A stretch of DNA of 33,606 nucleotides. Source: an uncultured Acetatifactor sp. Lineage in GTDB: Bacteria > Bacillota > Clostridia > Lachnospirales > Lachnospiraceae. Made by a program: the position numbers and the translations under genes. The notes under the pieces are model-generated. The model worked only from the letters and a program-made list of their open reading frames with translations. It was not told the DNA's origin and ran no database searches. The DNA is taken from NCBI GenBank assembly GCA_964582515.1, contig CAZOSU010000001.1, forward strand, positions 1 through 33,606, given 5' to 3'. Positions 27,111-33,606 of the stretch are shown here, in pieces; positions within the stretch are counted from its first letter, which is position 1, and the number at the start of each line of letters is the position of its first letter.

Positions 27111-27578
27111 GTGGAGAGACAATCTGCGACGGATTATTTTGCATATATGAAAGATCTGGTTCCGCTGTTTCGCGAACGTCTTTCAGCCGGACAAACGGTT
27201 CGGTTTTCTCCCAGGGGGATCAGTATGCTGCCGATGCTGCGGCAGGGGATTGATGATGTTGTGCTTTCGCCGCTGCCGGCGAAGCTGAAAAAGTACGACC
27301 TTCCTCTGTATCAGCGGGACGATGGGCATTTTGTGCTTCATCGTGTTGTGCGTGTAGGGGAGACCTATACCTGTATTGGCGACAATCAATTCGAACTGGA
27401 ACCCGGCCTTCGCCATGATCAGATGATCGCTGTGGTCACCGCCTTTTATCGGGATGGAAAATACCACAGCGTCTCGGAGCTGGGTTACCGGATCTATTGC
27501 CGCGTTTGGCATTTCAGCCGTGGACTGCGTCACTTTTGGCGCAGAGGGAAAGGCTGGTTGCGGCGGCATTTGAAGTAA
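27111..27578 (+). CDS. S24/S26-family serine peptidase (soluble, Ser-His type)
   Basis: AAGGAG + GTG; PRGISMLPML (Ser), FVLHRVV (His), CIGDNQ; no N-terminal TM. Confidence 0.85.
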   Translation: MERQSATDYFAYMKDLVPLFRERLSAGQTVRFSPRGISMLPMLRQGIDDVVLSPLPAKLKKYDLPLYQRDDGHFVLHRVVRVGETYTCIGDNQFELEPGLRHDQMIAVVTAFYRDGKYHSVSELGYRIYCRVWHFSRGLRHFWRRGKGWLRRHLK

Positions 27579-27649
27579 CTTTGAAAATTTCAGCCACAGC
27601 GGCGCCTTTTTGCGCTGTGGTTGTTAACGTCAGGATCGGAGGTGCACAA

Positions 27650-29317
27650 TTGAATAAGCTTTCTCCGTTGCTTTGGCTGATCAAGCGTGTTCGCCGCCGG
27701 ATCCCGGCGTTGATCTTACTGATCGCCGTGAATGCGGCATCTGCCGTGATGGGCGTAGTGTTTGCCCTTGGTTCACGGAATGTGATCGACACTGCCATTG
27801 GCGGCGATCAGCTGCTGTTCCGGAATGCCTGCCTGCAGCAGGGTGGCATCATTCTTGGCATCTTGTTGCTGTTGACCCTATCCCGACATTTACATGATCG
27901 TTTACTTGCAGACCTTGATCGTGATTGGAAGCGGGACATTCTTCATGGGCTGCTCCACGGTGATTACGCATCAGTTTCTGCGTATCACAGCGGTGAGCTG
28001 ATCAATCGGCTCAATAACGATGTTCGCATCGTCAACGATGGCCTGATCGGAGCGGTACCGCGGCTTGTCTCTATGGTGGCGCGGCTGGTCAGCGCTATGG
28101 TTGCTTTGGTGGCCATGGAGCCCTTGTTTGCCCTGATCGTGTGCGCCGGCGGAGTCGCTGTGATCATTGTGACTGGCATAATGCGTCGGCGATTAAAGGG
28201 GATGCACAAAAAGGTTAGTGAAAAGGACGGCATTGTGTCCTCGTTCCTCCAGGAAACGCTTGAAAAACTGTTGATGGTTCAGGCGATGGACGTTTCTTCG
28301 GAGATGGAACGGCGTGCGGATGTGCTGATGCGGGATCGCTATGAATCTCAACGAAAGCGGAAGAATGTTTCTCTCTTCGCCAATACCAGCGTCAGCGTTA
28401 TGTCCTATGGTGCGTCGTTTGCGGCACTGGTCTGGTGCTCTGCCGGGATGGTCACAGGAACCATGACATTCGGCTCATTGACGGCAATTACGCAACTGGT
28501 CAGCCAATTGCAGGCGCCTTTTACCGGACTTTCCGCCACAATCCCGCAATATATCGCAATGACAGCTTCCGCGGAGCGGCTTGCGGAGTTGGAGCAGATC
28601 CAGGGGGAGCCGGAACCGGCAGGGGTGAGCACCGTGGATCTGTATGATGCCATGGATTCTCTTTGCGGAGAAAACCTGAGTTTTTCCTATGACAGAGACA
28701 AGGTGCTGGACGGCGCTTCTTTCTCTCTGCCGAAGGGTTCCTTTGCGGCGATCACCGGCCCTTCCGGTATCGGTAAAAGTACCCTTTTGAAATTACTTCT
28801 CGGCATTTTCCAACCTGAAGATGGGAAGCTGTATCTCAATATTGGCGAGCGTAACGTCGCCATTGACCGTAGCACACGGCGGCTGTTTGCTTATGTGCCT
28901 CAGGGTAATTTGATTCTCAGCGGCACTGTCCGGGATAATCTTTTGATCGTAAAGCCGGATGCGACTGAGGATGAACTGTCCAGAGCTGTCCACGTCAGCG
29001 CTATGGATAGATATTTGAATCAGCTTCCAAAGGGGCTGGACACGCTTTTGGGTGAAAACGGCGCTGGCTTTTCCGAAGGCCAGACTCAGCGGCTTGCCAT
29101 TGCTCGCGCGATCCTCAGCGGTGCGCCGATCTTGTTGCTGGACGAGTGTACGTCTGCGCTGGACGAGGAGACGGAGAATCTTGTTTTGGAGCGAATCTAT
29201 ACAATGACAGAATGTACTTGCATTGCCGTCACCCATCGCCCTGCGTTTACACGAATTTGTGATCGTATTTTGCACATACGTGATGGAAAAATCGATGTCG
29301 AAGTCGTGACGAACTGA
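27650..29317 (+). CDS. ABC exporter, fused TMD + ATP-binding domain
   Basis: GGAGG precedes in-frame TTG 27650. TM helices, Walker A GPSGIGKST, Q-loop YVPQ, signature FSEGQ, Walker B LLLDE, H-loop VTHR. No C39 peptidase domain. Confidence 0.92.
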   Translation: MNKLSPLLWLIKRVRRRIPALILLIAVNAASAVMGVVFALGSRNVIDTAIGGDQLLFRNACLQQGGIILGILLLLTLSRHLHDRLLADLDRDWKRDILHGLLHGDYASVSAYHSGELINRLNNDVRIVNDGLIGAVPRLVSMVARLVSAMVALVAMEPLFALIVCAGGVAVIIVTGIMRRRLKGMHKKVSEKDGIVSSFLQETLEKLLMVQAMDVSSEMERRADVLMRDRYESQRKRKNVSLFANTSVSVMSYGASFAALVWCSAGMVTGTMTFGSLTAITQLVSQLQAPFTGLSATIPQYIAMTASAERLAELEQIQGEPEPAGVSTVDLYDAMDSLCGENLSFSYDRDKVLDGASFSLPKGSFAAITGPSGIGKSTLLKLLLGIFQPEDGKLYLNIGERNVAIDRSTRRLFAYVPQGNLILSGTVRDNLLIVKPDATEDELSRAVHVSAMDRYLNQLPKGLDTLLGENGAGFSEGQTQRLAIARAILSGAPILLLDECTSALDEETENLVLERIYTMTECTCIAVTHRPAFTRICDRILHIRDGKIDVEVVTN

Positions 29318-29345
29318 GCTTTGCTGGTCTTTTTCCGGGAATGAC

Positions 29346-29374
29346 TTGCAATTTTGAATGTGGCGTGCTATACT
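29346..29374 (+). promoter_or_regulatory. Sigma-A promoter with extended -10 for the capsule module
   Basis: TTGCAA (29346-29351), 17-bp spacer, TG-n-TATACT (-10 at 29369-29374). Confidence 0.7.
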
Positions 29375-29445
29375 ATATGCTGAAATTGTATGTGGTGAGT
29401 GAACCACATTTTTGAATGATAGAGAACTCTTTTTGGAGGTCAGAT

Positions 29446-30963
29446 ATGGACGAGATGAAGAAAGAGATCAATAACGAAATTGAGATCGACCTACAGCGCG
29501 TGCTGGGTGCGGTTCTGAACAAGGCGTGGCTTGTTGCGATCGTTGCCGTTGTCTGTGCGGTTTTGTCGTTTTTGGGAACGTTCCTGTTTATTACACCCAC
29601 GTATCAGTCTTCCGTTATGCTGTATGTCAACAACAGCATCTCTTCGGATATTATCGAAGGCATCACCTCCGGTGATCTTTCTACATCCCGCGGTCTGGTC
29701 AAGTCCTACATAGTCATTTTGAATACACGTTCGACTCTGGACGCCGTGATCGACTATGCCGGCGTTGACAGATCTTATGGACAGGTCAAGGGAATGATCT
29801 CTGCCGCGGCAGTGGACTCTACTGAAATCTTCCGGGTCGTTGTTACCAGCACGGATCCTAAGGAAGCCGAGCAGATTGCAGACGCGATTTCCTACATCTT
29901 GCCCAAGCAGATTAACAGCATCATTGAGGGTACCTCGACAAAAGTTGTTGATAGCGCTGTTATGCCTACAAGCCCCAGCTCTCCCAACTATACAAAGAAT
30001 ACCCTGATGGGTTTCCTCGTTGGTTTGATGGCGGTTGTCGTGATCGTGGCGTTACGAACCATCTTTGATAATACTATCCGGACGGAAGAAGATGTCGTGC
30101 AGAAATCCAGTTATCCGCTGCTGGCAGCTGTTCCGGATATGGAAGCGCACAGCAAGGGTGGCTACTATTACGGCTACCGGAGGTCTGCATACGATAAGAC
30201 AAAGCCTGTTGAGGGCGCCCAGACTGTTTTGGTTGGCTCCAATATTAACTTTGCCGCTTCCGAGGCTTATAAGGTGCTGCGCACCAAGCTCCAGTTCTCC
30301 TTTGCGGATGAGACTAATGGCTGCAAGGTCATTGGTGTTTCCAGTGCCATGACCGGTGAAGGTAAGAGCCTTACTACTGTCAATCTGGCTTATTCTCTGT
30401 CCTTGCTGGGCAAGCGGGTTCTGCTGATCGACAGCGATATGCGCCGTCCTTCTATCTGCGTCAAGCTTCCCATTCACAACGATCCCGGTCTTTCTGAGTT
30501 CCTGTCCGGACAGGCGCAGGCTGAGAATTTGATCCAGTTCTGCGGCCTGGAGGAGGATGAGAGCGCGTTCCACGTGATCGCTTCCGGCCGGATCCCGCCC
30601 AACCCCATGGAGCTGCTGAGTTCCAACCGTATGGCCAAGTCCCTGAATAAGCTCAGAGGCAGCTATGATTACATCCTGCTGGATCTGCCCCCTGTGGGTG
30701 AGGTTGGTGACGCGCTGGCTGTTGCCAAGTATACGGACGGTCTGCTGCTGGTGGTTCGTCAGGATTACTGCAACCGTCCCGCACTGAGCGCTGCCCTGCG
30801 TCAGTTTGAGTTTGTGGAGACCAAGATCCTTGGTCTTGTCCTGAACTGCGCCAGCGAAGATTCTGCCGGTTATGGCAAGAAGTATTACAAGAAGTACGGC
30901 AAGAAGTACTATAAGAACTACGCCTACGCTTCTGCGGATAAGAAAAACAAGCAGAATCCGTAA
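29446..30963 (+). CDS. Fused polysaccharide chain-length determinant / BY tyrosine kinase (CpsC-CpsD, Wzc-like)
   Basis: GGAGG precedes ATG 29446. EIDL...TM...ITPTYQS, PSSPN + TM, EAYKVLRT, Walker A GEGKS, LLIDSDMRRP, PPNPMELL, ILLDLPP, and a C-terminal Tyr cluster. Confidence 0.92.
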   Translation: MDEMKKEINNEIEIDLQRVLGAVLNKAWLVAIVAVVCAVLSFLGTFLFITPTYQSSVMLYVNNSISSDIIEGITSGDLSTSRGLVKSYIVILNTRSTLDAVIDYAGVDRSYGQVKGMISAAAVDSTEIFRVVVTSTDPKEAEQIADAISYILPKQINSIIEGTSTKVVDSAVMPTSPSSPNYTKNTLMGFLVGLMAVVVIVALRTIFDNTIRTEEDVVQKSSYPLLAAVPDMEAHSKGGYYYGYRRSAYDKTKPVEGAQTVLVGSNINFAASEAYKVLRTKLQFSFADETNGCKVIGVSSAMTGEGKSLTTVNLAYSLSLLGKRVLLIDSDMRRPSICVKLPIHNDPGLSEFLSGQAQAENLIQFCGLEEDESAFHVIASGRIPPNPMELLSSNRMAKSLNKLRGSYDYILLDLPPVGEVGDALAVAKYTDGLLLVVRQDYCNRPALSAALRQFEFVETKILGLVLNCASEDSAGYGKKYYKKYGKKYYKNYAYASADKKNKQNP

Positions 30964-30977
30964 GGTCGGGAGGAACC

Positions 30978-31679
30978 ATGATCGACTTTCACAGTCATGT
31001 CTTGCCCGGACTTGATGATGGCAGCTCATCGGTGGAGGAATCCATCGCCATGTTGCGCATGGAAGCGGAGCAGGGGATCACCCACGTGGTGGCCACGCCC
31101 CACTTCTATGCCCATTATGATAAGCCGGAAACCTTCCTGGCCAGAAGAGATCGGGCGGAAAAGCTTTTGCGCCGGGAAATGGAGAAATATCCCGATTTGC
31201 CCCAGTTATCTGTAGGTGCAGAGGTGTATTTTTTTCGTGGAATCAGCGATTCTCGGATCCTGAACCTATTGACAATTCAGGGAAAATCGTGTATCATGGT
31301 AGAAATGATTGGCTCTCCGTGGCAGCAGTATGTCTATGACGAGTTGCTGCAGATTCACCGCAGATGGGGGTTGACGCCTATCATTGCCCACATTGACCGG
31401 TATATTTCGCCATTCAGGACCCATGGGATTCCGGACGCGCTGGCGCAGCTGCCGGTTATGGTTCAGGCCAATGCTTCCTTTTTCCTGAAGCGGGGAAATT
31501 CCCGGCTTGCCATGTCTCTTTTGCGTGACGATAAGATCCAACTACTTGGTTCCGATTGTCACAACCTGACCGATCGCCGCCCCAATCTGGGTGAAGCCAG
31601 ACAGGCCATCGTTCAGCGCTTAGGGGAAGAGGCGCTTTCGCGTGTTCATATATACGGCAACGAATTGCTGCAGCTATAA
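30978..31679 (+). CDS. PHP-family tyrosine-protein phosphatase (CpsB/YwqE-like)
   Basis: MIDFHSHVLPGLDDGS, VATPHF, GAEV, IIAHIDRY, LGSDCHN. Confidence 0.93.
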   Translation: MIDFHSHVLPGLDDGSSSVEESIAMLRMEAEQGITHVVATPHFYAHYDKPETFLARRDRAEKLLRREMEKYPDLPQLSVGAEVYFFRGISDSRILNLLTIQGKSCIMVEMIGSPWQQYVYDELLQIHRRWGLTPIIAHIDRYISPFRTHGIPDALAQLPVMVQANASFFLKRGNSRLAMSLLRDDKIQLLGSDCHNLTDRRPNLGEARQAIVQRLGEEALSRVHIYGNELLQL

Positions 31680-31711
31680 ATTTTGTCATTATTTCATTTG
31701 GAGTGATCGTT

Positions 31712-31948
31712 ATGAAGAGAGTTATTTGTTTGCTTTTGGTTATGGTTCTGTGTATGTATATTCCCTGTGTGGCCCTGGCCGCGACTCCCAGCCCCGGTGA
31801 GTCCGCTCCCACCGAACCCACTACTCCCGTTGGCCCTCCTGTTGAGACCGGTGATAATTCTCACATCATGCTGTGGGTCATCATTATGCTGGTTGCGCTG
31901 CTGGCCATCGTTGCGCTGGTCATCGCTTTCCGCAAGTTTGTAAAGTAA
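31712..31948 (+). CDS. Tiny secreted Pro/Thr/Ser-rich protein with sortase-type sorting signal (78 aa)
   Basis: GGAG precedes ATG 31712; signal peptide ending ALA; ATPSPGESAPTEPTTPVGPP; PVETGD motif, TM, RKFVK tail. Confidence 0.75.
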   Translation: MKRVICLLLVMVLCMYIPCVALAATPSPGESAPTEPTTPVGPPVETGDNSHIMLWVIIMLVALLAIVALVIAFRKFVK

Positions 31949-31985
31949 TATCCGGAACCGTCCGGAGCTGAATCAGGGTGTTATT

Positions 31986-32963
31986 ATGGACAAAAAGATG
32001 CGGCTGAAGCTGCTGTTTGCTACCGTCATTCTGGTTCTGGTCCTTGTGGTTTTATACAGTGGGCTTCAAATACTGGAGTCCACTGTTTTTTTCAAGAACC
32101 CGGATCAGTCCCAAACAACTTCTAAAGTCATTGTGAAAGACGGTGTAAAATACTATCCCAGACAGGATATCACGGTGATCCTGCTGATGGGCATCAATCA
32201 ATCCGGCCCTGTTGTGCCGACGCAGCATAACCATGGCGGCGCTGTGGATATGGTGGCGCTGATGGTGTTTGACCAGAAGACCGGTACCTGCAATCTGGTG
32301 AACCTGAACCGTGATATGATGGTGGATATGCCGATGCTTAATGCATACGACAAGCCGCAGGGTACTTACTATGGCCAGCTTGCCTACAGCCATACCTATG
32401 GCGATGGTATGGAGGTCAGCTGTGAAAACGTCAAGACCACAGTATCCAACTTCCTCAACGGTATCCGTATCGACCACTATTTTTCTTTAAATATGGATGC
32501 TATTGGCGTTCTGAATGACGCGGTTGGCGGTGTAACAGTAACGGTGGTGGATGATTTTTCCGCTGTGGATCCCCAGATCCCTATGGGAACGGTGACGCTG
32601 CTTGGTAAGCACGCTGTCAATTTTGTGCGGGCAAGAGGCAACGTGGGCGATGAGCTGAACGTTTCCCGTATGGAGCGGCACAAGGAATATATGCGCGGTT
32701 TCGTTAAAGCCCTGAAAGGGAAGTTCAGTGAGGGTGAGGGATTTTTCCTGAATACCTATGACTTCGTGTCGGATTTCATCGTCACGGATTGCTCACTGCA
32801 GGTTTTGAGCCGGCTAGAGACGGATTATCGGGACTATTCTATGGGCGAAGTCCTGACCGTTGCCGGTGAAAACAAGCTGGGCGAAGTGTACTACGAATTC
32901 TATCCCGACGAGGATGCGCGGATCGATCTGCTGCTGGAGCTGTTCTACGCACCGATCAACTAA
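31986..32963 (+). CDS. LCP (LytR-CpsA-Psr) family glycopolymer transferase
   Basis: N-terminal TM; ILLMGIN, AVDMVALM, NLNRDMMV, DAVGGVTV, FVRAR, RMERHK. Confidence 0.88.
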   Translation: MDKKMRLKLLFATVILVLVLVVLYSGLQILESTVFFKNPDQSQTTSKVIVKDGVKYYPRQDITVILLMGINQSGPVVPTQHNHGGAVDMVALMVFDQKTGTCNLVNLNRDMMVDMPMLNAYDKPQGTYYGQLAYSHTYGDGMEVSCENVKTTVSNFLNGIRIDHYFSLNMDAIGVLNDAVGGVTVTVVDDFSAVDPQIPMGTVTLLGKHAVNFVRARGNVGDELNVSRMERHKEYMRGFVKALKGKFSEGEGFFLNTYDFVSDFIVTDCSLQVLSRLETDYRDYSMGEVLTVAGENKLGEVYYEFYPDEDARIDLLLELFYAPIN

Positions 32964-32970
32964 AAATAAG

Positions 32971-33001
32971 GAACCGGTGAGCTTGGCTCACCGGTTCTTT
33001 T
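32971..33001. terminator. Rho-independent terminator, probably bidirectional
   Basis: gaaccggtgagc-ttg-gctcaccggttc 12-bp stem, T-run downstream and A-rich run upstream, between convergent genes. Confidence 0.88.
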
Positions 33002-33003
33002 GC

Positions 33004-33606
33004 TTAGCGATTCAGCAGATCGTGGAGTTCGTCCATGGTGTGGGCGATGCCGCAGGCACCGGCAGCTTCCATTTCTGCCACATTTCCGTAGCCCCAGCTG
33101 ACACCGACGGCGGGAATGCCGTGGGCGGCGGCGCCCACAACGTCGTAGACGGTGTCACCGACCATAATGGCTTCCAGCTCAGAGCCTATCTGCTGCAGCA
33201 GATAGGCGATGACATCTGCTTTGTGATCCCGGCTGCCGTCCAGCGTGGCACCGGCGAGGAGGTCGAAATATGGGGTTAGCTCGAATTTGTTCAGGATATC
33301 CATGGACATCTGCTCTGGCTTGGAGGTTGCCACATACAGGGTGTGGCCCTCCGCCTTCAGGCGGGCCAGCAGGTCGTAAATGCCGGGATACGGGGTGTTC
33401 TCGAACTTGCCGATGGGGATATAGCGGCTGCGGTAGATTTCAACAGCCTCGTCCAGCTTGTCTTCCGGCACGCCGAACTTGAAGAAGGTATCCCGCAGGG
33501 GAGGCCCCACGAACACACGCATGGTTTCCCGGTCAGGGACCAGAATGCCGTAGTGGCGCAGCGCAAGGCTGGCGCAGTTGATGATGCCCTCGCCGGAGTC
33601 GGTCAG
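33004..33606 (-). CDS. HAD-IA family hydrolase (phosphoglycolate phosphatase/5'-nucleotidase-like), 5' truncated
   Basis: Frame open to the window end (LTDSGEGIINCA...); FVGPPL, YVATSKP, KADVI, MVGDTVYDVVGA, GVSWGYG. Confidence 0.9.
   Translation of the reverse strand: MTDSGEGIINCASLALRHYGILVPDRETMRVFVGPPLRDTFFKFGVPEDKLDEAVEIYRSRYIPIGKFENTPYPGIYDLLARLKAEGHTLYVATSKPEQMSMDILNKFELTPYFDLLAGATLDGSRDHKADVIAYLLQQIGSELEAIMVGDTVYDVVGAAAHGIPAVGVSWGYGNVAEMEAAGACGIAHTMDELHDLLNR

Noticed and set aside
25966..29317. Canonical lasso peptide or PQQ biosynthesis cluster
   Set aside because: No lasso cyclase or B2 protease, no pqqB/C/E, and no ExxxY core in the peptide.
1..33606. CRISPR arrays, tRNA/rRNA genes, transposases, integrases
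   Set aside because: None seen; no regularly spaced short repeats or mobile-element motifs.

Overview
Almost entirely + strand, gene-dense cell-surface region from a Firmicute. The gene content and Shine-Dalgarno/sigma-A signals suggest a Clostridia/Oscillospiraceae-like organism (inference). Four blocks are visible. (1) 1-19568: an operon-like run of at least six proteins with SipW-class signal peptides or shared family motifs, four of them paralogs with a (W/Y)L(E/D)G motif. It also holds two SipW-like signal peptidases, a membrane-anchored McrB-like AAA+ NTPase with a nuclease-less DUF2357-like coiled-coil partner, a divergent Lgt-like protein and a BspA-type LRR protein. This is a candidate TasA/CalY-type fibre or pilus assembly system. 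(2) 19666-25933: a consensus sigma-A promoter overlapping an inverted repeat, driving a ~2060-aa secreted protein with two SGNH/GDSL domains that both lack the catalytic Ser, plus a C-terminal duplication containing an exact 461-bp repeat. (3) 25966-29317: a RiPP-like cassette with an unannotated 33-aa YxxP precursor peptide, an HPr-kinase-like P-loop kinase, a PqqD/RRE protein, an S24/S26 peptidase and an ABC exporter, but no lasso cyclase. (4) 29346-32963: a capsule control/attachment module with a fused Wzz/BY-kinase, a PHP phosphatase, a tiny sortase-type anchored peptide and an LCP ligase, and no glycosyltransferases. A bidirectional terminator and a partial HAD hydrolase on the - strand end the window. 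All family assignments come from motif recognition, not database searches.
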